Shown in pieces: positions 48,915 through 58,214 of a stretch of DNA of 64,000 nucleotides; the first letter of the stretch is position 1; every line of letters begins with the position of its first letter. The translations under genes and the position numbers were made by a program. The notes beneath the pieces were generated by a model that worked only from the letters and a program-made list of their open reading frames with translations, was not told where the DNA came from and did no database searches. This DNA comes from an uncultured Methanosarcinales archaeon. GTDB taxonomy: Archaea > Nanobdellota > Nanobdellia > Woesearchaeales > DSVV01. The stretch lies in contig CAZKVI010000003.1 of assembly GCA_964556185.1 (NCBI GenBank), positions 2,089 through 66,088 on the forward strand, given 5' to 3'.

Positions 48915-49334
48915 CTAGTGGTCTTTTAAAAAGCTTACTATCTTTTCCTGTACAGATTCAGCTTCTCCTTCTGCATACTGGCCACCTGGCCAATGTTGAT
49001 AACCATCATTTGGTATCCTTGGAATAACATGAATATGAGCATGGAATACTATTTGTCCAGCTACTGCTTTGTTATTCATTATCAAATTAACACCAGATGC
49101 TTCAGTAGATTCAAGTATTGCAGTAGATATCTTCTTAGCAACAGCAATCATATTCTTAGAATCTTCCTCTGGCAAATCAACAATATCAGCATAATGCTTT
49201 TTTGGAATAACTAATGTATGCCCAGGATTATTTGGAGCAATATCTAAGAATGCAAACACATTGTCGTCTTCATAGACTTTTTTACAAGGAATATCTCCTT
49301 TGATAATTTTGCAGAATATACACTCATCTGTCAT
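48915..49334 (-). CDS. HIT-family (histidine triad) hydrolase
   Basis: HAHIHVIPR gives the HxHxHxx triad. N-terminal CIFCKII. Confidence 0.85.
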   Translation of the reverse strand: MTDECIFCKIIKGDIPCKKVYEDDNVFAFLDIAPNNPGHTLVIPKKHYADIVDLPEEDSKNMIAVAKKISTAILESTEASGVNLIMNNKAVAGQIVFHAHIHVIPRIPNDGYQHWPGGQYAEGEAESVQEKIVSFLKDH

Positions 49335-49375
49335 TGTAATCTCTAGGAGAATATAGTTGTTAAAAAATGTTTTGG

Positions 49376-49879
49376 TTAATAACTACCTTGCATTTCTTTG
49401 ATTTTTTCTTTAAGAACTTCGATTGTTCGTGCATTATCTTGTTGTTGTAATAATGTACCACATTCAGGACACTTAAACTCTAACTCTGTACTTTGCTCAA
49501 AATCTAATCTAGCGCAAGCATTTGTGCATAAAAAGAAACATCCTTTGTTTGATTCTTCTCTTTCAAGTCTTTCTTGTAGTTTTTCTAAGCGAGTACTATG
49601 AATAACAGAAGCAACATCTTTAAGTCTTTTAGGAAAATAAGTCCAATAACTGATATAATAACCTTTTTTAGAGTCTTTTTTTCTTTTATATGTAGCAAGA
49701 TTCATACTATGCATTCTATATAAGATATTTCTTACTTGATGGATCTCAATCTCAGTTTTCTCAGAAATTATAAACTCAGAAATATTTTTCCTATTTTTAA
49801 GGAAATCTACAATAGGTAAACAGTCTTCACCGATTGCATTTGTTATTGTATCTTGAGCCATCTTATTTGTCATACGCAT
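49376..49879 (-). CDS. tfe: Transcription factor E (TFE, TFIIE-alpha homologue)
   Basis: N-terminal winged helix (IVDFLKNRKNISEFIISEKTEIEIHQVRNILYRMHSMNLATYKRKKD) plus a C-terminal zinc ribbon (C-x-x-C ... CPECG). Confidence 0.75.
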   Translation of the reverse strand: MRMTNKMAQDTITNAIGEDCLPIVDFLKNRKNISEFIISEKTEIEIHQVRNILYRMHSMNLATYKRKKDSKKGYYISYWTYFPKRLKDVASVIHSTRLEKLQERLEREESNKGCFFLCTNACARLDFEQSTELEFKCPECGTLLQQQDNARTIEVLKEKIKEMQGSY

Positions 49880-50040
49880 AAGTCTCTTCCCCCATTCTCG
49901 GAGCGACAGAGTCCTATGTTTTGGAGTCTTGTTTTACTTCCCCAACAACACATTACTCTCAATTCCCCGTATAGTTCCTCTGGTAACTTATATAAAAACT
50001 TTTTCATTGTGTCATATATACGTTTTCTGAGGTTTCTGTT

Positions 50041-50120
50041 TATACTAAAAGTGATTAATCACTTTTGTATATACAAAAGTGTGAAATAATGAAATTATTT
50101 TGCACTTTAAGTATATATAT
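50041..50120. promoter_or_regulatory. Repeated intergenic module (copy B) with the perfect palindrome AAAAGTGATTAATCACTTTT and a second palindrome GTGTGAAATAAT..ATTATTTTGCAC
   Basis: Paralogous to 43207..43300. A minus-oriented BRE/TATA (ccgaaaggtttatatata, 50207-50230) lies upstream, so it may be transcribed. Confidence 0.45.
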
Positions 50121-50269
50121 AGCGAAGTTAGAAGTTCAACAAGAACTTCTCATTATTACCCATATACTGGATAATAACCTTCATATCAATATTAATGCCA
50201 TAGGTTATATATAAACCTTTCGGTTATGTAGTTACTTTAGAGGAGTTAATATATAAAAGAAAGTATATA

Positions 50270-50341
50270 TGGACTCACCGAGATTTGAACTCGGAGTCTC
50301 CCCGAAGCCAACGGGGTGCGATACCATTTCGCCATAAGCCC
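50270..50341 (-). tRNA. tRNA-Ala (anticodon GGC), intron-less
   Basis: Acceptor GGGCUUA/UGAGUCC includes the G3:U70 alanine identity pair. D-arm GCGA-AAUGGUA-UCGC. Anticodon arm CCCCG-UUGGCUU-CGGGG. T-arm CCGAG-UUCAAAU-CUCGG. Confidence 0.8.
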
Positions 50342-50508
50342 ATACAATGCTAGCTACATATATGCTTATATATAATTTACGCTAATTTCTCACTATATGT
50401 AGTACTTGTACACATTACATAACTTTCTAATAAAGCAATCCTAATATACAAATCATAACCTTTTTATATCACCTTAGTCATACTTTGACTTAACACGGGG
50501 GTGTTTAA

Positions 50509-50895
50509 ATGGTAATTTTATTTGATAGATTCAATATGCCGGATGATGTTTTCGAAGTCATCTTCGCTACACCACAACAGAAAATAGTTGGTAAACTTCT
50601 AATTAAAATGATAAAAGAAAAAGGTGGAGAAATTACTAAAACAGAAATGAGCACTTTTGCAATGGCTCTCCATGAAGGAAGACTAGTAACAAATGAAGTT
50701 GATGATCCACAATACAAAAATAAAGAAGTCAAACTAAGTTATAACAAAAGACAATTCTACGACAGAATATTGACTCCAATGAAAGGTATGGGTTTAATCG
50801 ACTACGATCTTTACAAAAAGACATACAGAATCTCAGACAAATTCAACAAAGCAATGATAAAAGTAGGATTAATGTGGATGAGAGAGATAAGGTAA
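50509..50895 (+). CDS. Hypothetical protein (possible wHTH)
   Basis: 128-aa ORF. Confidence 0.3.
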   Translation: MVILFDRFNMPDDVFEVIFATPQQKIVGKLLIKMIKEKGGEITKTEMSTFAMALHEGRLVTNEVDDPQYKNKEVKLSYNKRQFYDRILTPMKGMGLIDYDLYKKTYRISDKFNKAMIKVGLMWMREIR

Positions 50896-51297
50896 TCATC
50901 CACCAATCTTTTTATCTATATCTTCAGCTATTTCTTTAAGACTATCAAAAGTCCTATGCATATCCTTCTCTAACTCATCAATTAATCTACTCAAGTTGTG
51001 AACTCTTAGAATATAACCTTTCTTTTCCTGCACTACAATCCCTGAATCCATTAACTTATGCAAGTGATGCACTACAGTGCCCCTAGATAATTGCAATCTA
51101 ACAGCTAATCCATCACTAGAAATAGGCTCATCTTTCTTTGCTTGCTTTAATAATTCAATAAATATTCTAAAACATGATCGATCTTTATCACGTAAACTAA
51201 ATAATCCAAGAGAAGTACCAAACCACTGCAATTTCTCATTAATATTACTTCTCACAGGCCTTCTAATCTTGATTATAGTGATTCTTCGTTGCTCCAT
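50896..51297 (-). CDS. ArsR/SmtB-family transcriptional regulator
   Basis: CFRIFIELLK...ISSDGLAVRLQLSRGTVVHHLHKLMDSGIVV is an ArsR-type HTH. Confidence 0.6.
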   Translation of the reverse strand: MEQRRITIIKIRRPVRSNINEKLQWFGTSLGLFSLRDKDRSCFRIFIELLKQAKKDEPISSDGLAVRLQLSRGTVVHHLHKLMDSGIVVQEKKGYILRVHNLSRLIDELEKDMHRTFDSLKEIAEDIDKKIGG

Positions 51298-51340
51298 ATT
51301 AGAAATTGATGTAGAAGATGTTTATAAATATTCTTTAATT

Positions 51341-51583
51341 TTACTGTAAATCTTTATGATATAAAGCAATAATATAAATGACTCTTTTTTCAATCCTATA
51401 TGATAATCTAAATGGAGGAATATACAACTCTCTTGTCCCTTTTCTATTATACATCATAGGTTTGCCAATCTCAGGATTATCTTTTATTTTAGAAATTTGT
51501 TTGATGATTTTCTGTTTAAGGGCATTATTCTTAATCTTACTAAATTCCTTCTTAAATAAAGAATCAAAAATAACTTCTACCAC
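51341..51583 (-). CDS. RelE/ParE-family type II toxin
   Basis: 80 aa. C-terminus ...RELYIPPFRLSYRIEKRVIYIIALYHKDLQ follows the RelE/ParE pattern. It overlaps the upstream antitoxin gene by 7 nt. Confidence 0.55.
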   Translation of the reverse strand: MVEVIFDSLFKKEFSKIKNNALKQKIIKQISKIKDNPEIGKPMMYNRKGTRELYIPPFRLSYRIEKRVIYIIALYHKDLQ

Positions 51584-51843
51584 TTTTTCATTTCCTCAAG
51601 AAAATCATCAAATTCCATTTTAATGCCTTTACCTTCTTCAATTCTCTTCCAAGCTTGTTCTGTTCTTTTTGCAAATTCTAGATCTTCTTTTAGATTTTTC
51701 TCTAATTCTGTAGCTTTCTTCATAATTAATTGATGGTCATTCTTAATAATGATTAATTTATCTCCTTCATGAAGATCTCCTCTCATTTCATTAGGAATTA
51801 CAACTTGGCCTTTTGAACTCATTCGTGTTATAGCAACATCCAT
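51577..51843 (-). CDS. AbrB/MazE/SpoVT-type antitoxin
   Basis: MDVAITRMSSKGQVVIPNEMRGDLHEGDKLII is a swapped-hairpin beta-barrel DNA-binding motif. Confidence 0.6.
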   Translation of the reverse strand: MDVAITRMSSKGQVVIPNEMRGDLHEGDKLIIIKNDHQLIMKKATELEKNLKEDLEFAKRTEQAWKRIEEGKGIKMEFDDFLEEMKKW

Positions 51844-51960
51844 ATTATCACCAAGTAAGATTAATCTTACTTAGTATATAAAGTTTACGGTTTTACACGT
51901 AAACTAAGAAGTCGAAGACTTCTGTATCTTTCTATTTTAGTATATAAATTAGTATAATAT

Positions 51961-52386
51961 TTACTGTAACCAAATAGGCAACATTGGACTAACTATTGGA
52001 GCTACTAATTCCCATGCATATGGTGCTAATATGATAATAACTCCTAAAATCAATGTATGATACCAACGTTCACCAACTTTTCCTGCAATAGCTGCTGCAC
52101 CAGCAATTTTAAACATTGCAATAATACCTATCACAACCCTAATACCAAATTCTACAAACCAATCAGCTGTAAAAGCTAAATTCATCCATCCAAGAACAAA
52201 ACTAATATTCATACTTACAAAAACAAAGAATAATGTAAATGGCAGAGCATGCAAAGCATGAGTAAACCAACCCATTCCTGCTTCATCACTATGTACAAAC
52301 ACAACTTCAATAAGCCCAATCAAAATACCCATAACAATAGCAGGCCCTATAACATATGTTTGTACAACTATCTCTTCTGTCACCAT
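51961..52386 (-). CDS. Integral membrane protein (4 TM)
   Basis: 141 aa, hydrophobic. Confidence 0.4.
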   Translation of the reverse strand: MVTEEIVVQTYVIGPAIVMGILIGLIEVVFVHSDEAGMGWFTHALHALPFTLFFVFVSMNISFVLGWMNLAFTADWFVEFGIRVVIGIIAMFKIAGAAAIAGKVGERWYHTLILGVIIILAPYAWELVAPIVSPMLPIWLQ

Positions 52387-52469
52387 CTTGTCAATAATTC
52401 TGAAGATTTTCCTATAAAAACTTTTCTATTGTGACAATATTTAAATATGAGTAATCTGCAAATATACCT

Positions 52470-53072
52470 ATGCAGTGGAAAAAACTATCTCCATACATAT
52501 TATCTTTCTTTGTGTTACTTACAGCAGTTTATGCAAGAACTAGGTTTCCAACAGGAGAATTAAGAGATGTTATGAATGTATTTGGAGATATTTACAACCA
52601 AGCACCATATTTAGTTGATGCATTAGTATTATTAATTATATTTGTACCTTTAGCAAGGAAGATCCTAGGAGAAAGACTAGGTAAAGTCCCAGCAACAGGC
52701 TTAGGATTTTTATTAGTGCTTTCAGTTATTGTTTCAGAAGCAAAATTCGATTATAGTATTATTAGGGATTTTAGTATTCCAGCAGTTATAATCTTATTAT
52801 CAATGTTTGGAATTAGTTTATTTGTTATGTTAAAACAATTTGATGCAAATACTTGGTTAGCAGTCAGTGCTGGTTGGGTAGCTGTTGTCGTAGTATCTTA
52901 TTTTGCAGTCCCAGATGTTGTTGAAATGATACAAAGAGATTATGAAGTCATTTGGTGGTTTTTAATTGTATTAACTGGATTTTTTATACTTGCATTTGTT
53001 TTTAGTATGTTCTTTGGCGGTGGCGGAGGGGGCCATCATGAACCAGCAGCTCCAGCAGCACCTCATCCTTAA
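52470..53072 (+). CDS. Integral membrane protein with a Gly/His/Pro-rich C-terminal tail
   Basis: N-terminal signal/TM, about 5 TM helices, and a tail GGGGGGHHEPAAPAAPHP. Confidence 0.4.
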   Translation: MQWKKLSPYILSFFVLLTAVYARTRFPTGELRDVMNVFGDIYNQAPYLVDALVLLIIFVPLARKILGERLGKVPATGLGFLLVLSVIVSEAKFDYSIIRDFSIPAVIILLSMFGISLFVMLKQFDANTWLAVSAGWVAVVVVSYFAVPDVVEMIQRDYEVIWWFLIVLTGFFILAFVFSMFFGGGGGGHHEPAAPAAPHP

Positions 53073-53177
53073 TTACTTTTAGTATAAAATCAAACTAAAC
53101 ATTTATATATACTATTTCTTAGAAATTATACTATTGTGGGTAATCAATTAAACTTTCCGAAGGAAAGCAAGAAGTCG

Positions 53178-54143
53178 ATGAGACTTCTGTGGAAGAGGAT
53201 AATATTAGTTTTATCTATATTTCTTGCTACATTGCAGACTACTCTAGCTTATTCTTGGAGTGAGTTTGTAAGCACAACAATGAAAATATACAATGCTCAA
53301 GCAGATTTCTTTTCTAATATATTTAATGCAGCACCTCCTTTATTCCATGCACTCTTTTATTGGCTTTTTATCTATATTGCAATCTTCAGAAAATATGTAA
53401 AACCAAAATTAGGAGCAGGTTTTGCATTGGGAATGCCTGTTTTATTAGCTCTTGGGGTTGTTACAGCTGAACGCTTAACAGGAGTAAGCTTTTTTTGGAT
53501 GTTTTTAATCTTTTTTGGAATATATAAAACATTGTTTGTAATTCTTGCATTCAGAAAAGCTAATTTTCCAGTAATTTTAATTGGATCATTAGCTTTTATT
53601 ATTGCATTTGTTCTTTTATTATTTTACCAACCAGCATGGTTTATTGATTTTAGACAAGATCATCCACTTATTATGTTATTAGGATATATTTTGTTTGCAA
53701 TCTTTTCAATAATTACTTTATTTGGTGCTTTTAGATACATAATTGGTGGAGGTTATAGTAATATTCAATGGCCACCTCCATTTAGACAAACATATAAAGA
53801 TTTATATGGTGATCCAGGATCCTCCTCCTCTTCAGGTCAATCAACACCAAATATGTCAAGATTACATAGAAAAGCTGAAAAGTTTCTTGCAAATTCTGCA
53901 GAATACGCTGCTGCAGAACAAAAGTATGCACAAATGAATGCATCACAAAGAGCAAAAGTAGAAAAAGATATGCAAGATAGTCGAATTTCTTTGATAGCAA
54001 GGGGAACTGCAATAAGAAATCATAAAAAATATGAAAGAGATGTTCCACAAGATGTTAAACATAGATTTGAAACAGCATTTAATGCTATTATGACTCAAGG
54101 TGGCTCACATGGTGGAGCAGGTGGCGGAGGCCCTGGCCATTAA
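53178..54143 (+). CDS. Integral membrane protein with a Gly/His-rich C-terminal tail
   Basis: Start placed at the internal ATG (MRLLWKRIILVLSIFLATL, signal-like). It has multiple TM helices and a tail GGSHGGAGGGGPGH. The track ORF begins at 53136. Confidence 0.4.
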   Translation: MRLLWKRIILVLSIFLATLQTTLAYSWSEFVSTTMKIYNAQADFFSNIFNAAPPLFHALFYWLFIYIAIFRKYVKPKLGAGFALGMPVLLALGVVTAERLTGVSFFWMFLIFFGIYKTLFVILAFRKANFPVILIGSLAFIIAFVLLLFYQPAWFIDFRQDHPLIMLLGYILFAIFSIITLFGAFRYIIGGGYSNIQWPPPFRQTYKDLYGDPGSSSSSGQSTPNMSRLHRKAEKFLANSAEYAAAEQKYAQMNASQRAKVEKDMQDSRISLIARGTAIRNHKKYERDVPQDVKHRFETAFNAIMTQGGSHGGAGGGGPGH

Positions 54144-54176
54144 CCAGGACATTAAAATAAAGAAAAGAGGGAATAA

Positions 54177-55388
54177 ATGGGAATAAGAGATCTTTTTGAA
54201 TCACATCTACAAAGAGTCTTTGAAGATGCAATGGCTAAAGTAGAAGAAGATCTAGAATACTTAGAACAAGAAATAGCTAAAATAAAAGCTAGAGCAGAGA
54301 AAAAAAGACAATTAATTTTACAAGCACAACAATCTGGTCAATATACAGAAGCTCAAGCAGCAGAGCAATTAAGATTTGTAAATGGCAAAGAAGAAAGAGA
54401 ACTAAATAGATTAAGGCAAGGTTTGGATTTAGTTGATGGAACTACCCCAGAAAAAGAAACAGCAGCAAAAGCAGAAATCCCTCGAAGAAAAGAATTTGAT
54501 TCTTTAAGTCATCAAGTTGAAGGTTGTGCAGATGATGCAGAACATACTTTAGCTAAAACTAGAAAATATCTAAATTACTTAAAATCACTTTTGGTTCTAA
54601 GAGTTAGAGAAACACATGAAATTGAAGCAGATATGCAAAAAATAAGAACTCTACTTTCAAATTTTCAACATGCAACGGAATCTGAACAATTAAAACAAGA
54701 TTCAACAAGAATGCAAAAAATAAAACACAATGCTCTTAAAGAATTAGAGGTACTTATAATGCAAGCATCTCATTTTCTTAAATTAGAAGAAAGAGCAGAG
54801 AGAAAAGTAGTAAGAATTGAGAGAAGAATCTTTAGCACAGAAGCAGATTTTGAAAAAGCAGACCAACAATTACAACAATTTATTCTTAAAACAGAATATT
54901 TTATTAAACAAGCATGGCATAATCAACAAGCTTATCAAAAAGCAGAACAACAATTTGGTCAATTAAACTCAGCTTTACATTCCCTGAATGATGATTTTAT
55001 TAATGTTTATAGGCCATTATTAGCAATGACAAAAAAAGTTTATCTAAGAGAACAAAGAATGGAATCTGCATTAAAACAAGTAAGGAACATGGTAGAAACA
55101 TTAGATACTTCATCTAATCAATTACAAAATGCACAAACTTTTAGAAGATTATTTGAACAACTTAGTTTAATTGAACAAGTTTTACAACAAGAAATGGGTA
55201 CTGGTTCTATCCAAGAGTTCTTTCCAGGAATACAAGGAGAAGTGCGAGCATTAAGAAGAGCTGAACAAGATATAGATAGAATGATCCAAGTTCTTGAACA
55301 AATAAATTCTATATTTGATGAATTAAGAAAAATGGAACTTGAAGCAATACAACAACAATCTCCTGAATTAATAGAGCTAGCAGCATAA
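54177..55388 (+). CDS. Long coiled-coil protein (Gln/Glu-rich)
   Basis: 403 aa with heptad periodicity. Stop and next start are adjacent (55388/55390). Confidence 0.4.
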   Translation: MGIRDLFESHLQRVFEDAMAKVEEDLEYLEQEIAKIKARAEKKRQLILQAQQSGQYTEAQAAEQLRFVNGKEERELNRLRQGLDLVDGTTPEKETAAKAEIPRRKEFDSLSHQVEGCADDAEHTLAKTRKYLNYLKSLLVLRVRETHEIEADMQKIRTLLSNFQHATESEQLKQDSTRMQKIKHNALKELEVLIMQASHFLKLEERAERKVVRIERRIFSTEADFEKADQQLQQFILKTEYFIKQAWHNQQAYQKAEQQFGQLNSALHSLNDDFINVYRPLLAMTKKVYLREQRMESALKQVRNMVETLDTSSNQLQNAQTFRRLFEQLSLIEQVLQQEMGTGSIQEFFPGIQGEVRALRRAEQDIDRMIQVLEQINSIFDELRKMELEAIQQQSPELIELAA

Positions 55389-55389
55389 A

Positions 55390-57348
55390 ATGAAAAACAA
55401 ACTTATTCTTATAATTTGTATCTCAATCTTTTTAATAATTCCATTATTTTCCACAATATCTTTTGCACAAGCTGGCCATTTAAAATTATTAGCAGTAACT
55501 TCTGAGACTAAAGGTGTAGAAGCAAACCTTGATTTAAGACTAATGCCAGGTACTGGAAGTGTTTTTATTGCAACATCTCCTTTAACAAAAATAGATACAC
55601 AATTATCTACAAGATTTGCTAAAGATATTGCATGCAAATTCCTCGAGAAGGATTGTTCAAATTTAGATTTCTTTTATACAATAACAAGTAATGCATCTAT
55701 TGTTGGTGGCCCAAGTGCAGGTGCAGCAATAAGTGCTTTAACAATAGCCTTACTTGAGGGCTATGAATTAGATGAAAGCTTTACAATAACAGGAACAATT
55801 AATTCAGGTGGTCTAGTCGGAAGTGTAGGTGGCTTAAAACCTAAAATAGAAATTGCTTCAAAAATTGGAGTAAAGAAAGTTTTAATACCTGCAGGAGAAA
55901 GATTTATCATAAATGAAACAATTATTTCTTTAAACACCACTGGATCAAATGCAACATTAAATTCATCAATCAATAATATTAACAATACAAACACTAATAA
56001 TAACACAACAAACACCAATTCAACACTTACTGCAACTATAAACAATACAATTGATTTATACGAATTTGGTAAAGAATTTGGAATAGAAGTAAAAGAAGTT
56101 GCAAATTTATATGATGTTATGTATGAATTTACAAATATAACTTATGAACAACTCTCAGGAGAAATCACACCAGATGATTGGTATATTGAAACAATGAGAA
56201 ATATTTCTAATGATCTTTGCGAAAGAAGCAATAACTTACAAAATGAACTTACTACACCTGAAAACACATCTAGTGATTACTTGTTTTACTCAACAGGATT
56301 AAATTTAACACAAAATGCAGAATCTGCATTATCTGAACAAGATTATTACTCAGCAGCATCATTTTGTTTTGGAGCAGCAGGTAAATTTGGTTATTTATTT
56401 CTAAAAAAACAAAATATGACAAACAATGAAACCTTAATAATACTTAATGAAACAAATGGTTCTATTGATTCAATAAGACAAAAAATAAACAATATTAATT
56501 TACAAACAATCACAGATATTCAAACTTATGTTATTGTAAATGAAAGATTAAAAGAAGCAGAGAACACATTAACTCTTGTTAATGATGCTCTTCAAGAATA
56601 TATTAATATGACTTTAACTTTAACAAATGCTAATATAACAGAAACAAATAACACAAAACAACAACTTGAACAAGTTCATGATATACTTTTACAAAAATTA
56701 GCTTATTCAATAGAAAGATTAAATAGTGCAGTTGCCTGGAGTAGCTTTTTCAATAAACCAGGTTCTACTTTTAACTTTAGCCCAGAATCTATTCATCAAT
56801 CATGTATAATAAAACAAAAAGAAGTAGAAGAAAGAATAAACTATATTCAAATTATTACTCTATTAGGTTTAGAAGGTGTAAAACAAGGTTTAGATGATGC
56901 AAAACAAGAAGAAAAAAGAGGTAATTTTATTCTTTGTCTTTTCAAAGCATCTAAAGCAAAAGCAGAAGCAGATACTGTAATGAGTATGATTGGAGCTAAA
57001 GAAGACTCAATTCAAGGTATTATTGATACAAGATTAACATTAGCTACAGATGTTATACTAAAACAACAACGCCAAGCTAGTTTCCCAATATTTGGTTATA
57101 GTTATTATGAATATGCAAAGACATTACAAATTGATGATCCTAGTTCTGCTTTGATATATTCTCATTATGCTCTTGAATTAAGTAACCTTGATATGTACTT
57201 TGAAAAAGAGCTTGATTTAGCTACTTTAGATACAGAGCTAACTAAAGATCCTGGCAATACATTCTATTTTATAATTGGATTTATTCTAGGAATATTAGTA
57301 ACAATACTCTATGTAATGAATTTTAAACCAAAGAAATCAAAAAAGTAA
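55390..57348 (+). CDS. Membrane-anchored extracytoplasmic Lon-type (S16) protease-domain protein without an AAA+ module
   Basis: N-terminal signal. NASIVGGPSAGAAISALTIALLEG has the Lon catalytic Ser motif. SVGGLKPKIEIASKIG has the catalytic Lys. An Asn/Thr-rich linker carries many N-x-S/T sequons. C-terminal TM FYFIIGFILGILVTILYV. Confidence 0.55.
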   Translation: MKNKLILIICISIFLIIPLFSTISFAQAGHLKLLAVTSETKGVEANLDLRLMPGTGSVFIATSPLTKIDTQLSTRFAKDIACKFLEKDCSNLDFFYTITSNASIVGGPSAGAAISALTIALLEGYELDESFTITGTINSGGLVGSVGGLKPKIEIASKIGVKKVLIPAGERFIINETIISLNTTGSNATLNSSINNINNTNTNNNTTNTNSTLTATINNTIDLYEFGKEFGIEVKEVANLYDVMYEFTNITYEQLSGEITPDDWYIETMRNISNDLCERSNNLQNELTTPENTSSDYLFYSTGLNLTQNAESALSEQDYYSAASFCFGAAGKFGYLFLKKQNMTNNETLIILNETNGSIDSIRQKINNINLQTITDIQTYVIVNERLKEAENTLTLVNDALQEYINMTLTLTNANITETNNTKQQLEQVHDILLQKLAYSIERLNSAVAWSSFFNKPGSTFNFSPESIHQSCIIKQKEVEERINYIQIITLLGLEGVKQGLDDAKQEEKRGNFILCLFKASKAKAEADTVMSMIGAKEDSIQGIIDTRLTLATDVILKQQRQASFPIFGYSYYEYAKTLQIDDPSSALIYSHYALELSNLDMYFEKELDLATLDTELTKDPGNTFYFIIGFILGILVTILYVMNFKPKKSKK

Positions 57349-57412
57349 TATCTATATTAGTTATTCTAAAAAGCTCTAAATAATCTTCTTTTAACTAGAA
57401 ACGGTTAAAAAA

Positions 57413-57454
57413 CCCCGCAAACACTCCCGAAGGAATGTTTGCGCGGGAAAAAGA
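57413..57454 (-). terminator. GC-rich hairpin followed by T6 on the minus strand
   Basis: Minus strand reads cccgcgcaaacattccttcgggagtgtttgcgggg then tttttt. Confidence 0.35.
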
Positions 57455-57658
57455 GGTGATCGTGATTGTTATCTGGCCAATGGCCAATAAATCCCCAAAT
57501 TAGCTTAAGATACCTACTTCATTTATTAAGACCATAATCATATTTAAACCTTTCCATTCTAGAGTGGTGACATTTGTTTAGGAGTTTAGAGTGAACTTGG
57601 GATACATACTTCATGTTACCGGAAAATTTATATACCTTATTTCAGAGAAATAAGACTT

Positions 57659-58192
57659 ATGGCCACTGGTAAGAATGTCGACAGAAGTTTATTACAAGTT
57701 GTACGTTATAGGGGTATTTTTGATATAGAAGCAGTCTATAAAGCTGTATATGATTGGTTGAGATCAAGAGGTATGGAAGTCCAAGAAACAAAATTCAAGA
57801 CATATGATAGGGCATATGGAAGAGAACATCAAATTAAATGGAGTGCTTGGAATAATGAAACTGACTTTGTAAAAAATTGGATATTTATCACATGGAGATT
57901 TATTGATGTTGTAGAATTAGAAGTAGTTAAAGATGGAAAAAAGAAAAAGTTAAGTAAATGTCAAGCAGATATTAGAATTCAACACGCAATGGAGTTTGAT
58001 TATAGTGAACGTTTTACAAAAACAGTGTACCAAATCCGCGCATTGGAATTTATTACAGGTTGGTTATTTAGAAAAAAGATAGATACTTTATGGGAAGATA
58101 AGTTAAGGTTTAAATGTTATGAATTGCAAAATGTTGTAAAAGAAACATTAGAAGCTCAAACAAAAGGTAATGAGCATTATGATGTATGGTAA
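57659..58192 (+). CDS. Hypothetical protein (paralogue 1 of a tandem pair)
   Basis: 177 aa. Blocks shared with the next ORF: VYDWLRSRG / VDRWLREKG, VVKDGKKKKL / VEKDGMKKKL, and W-rich segments. Confidence 0.4.
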   Translation: MATGKNVDRSLLQVVRYRGIFDIEAVYKAVYDWLRSRGMEVQETKFKTYDRAYGREHQIKWSAWNNETDFVKNWIFITWRFIDVVELEVVKDGKKKKLSKCQADIRIQHAMEFDYSERFTKTVYQIRALEFITGWLFRKKIDTLWEDKLRFKCYELQNVVKETLEAQTKGNEHYDVW

Positions 58193-58214
58193 TTAGATAA
58201 ACAAAGGTATTAAT

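Noticed and set aside
49853-50089. ORF 49853..50089 (+) overlapping the repeated promoter module B
   Set aside because: It overlaps the tfe start and the conserved palindromic module, and has low-complexity Leu/Phe-rich composition. It is likely non-coding.
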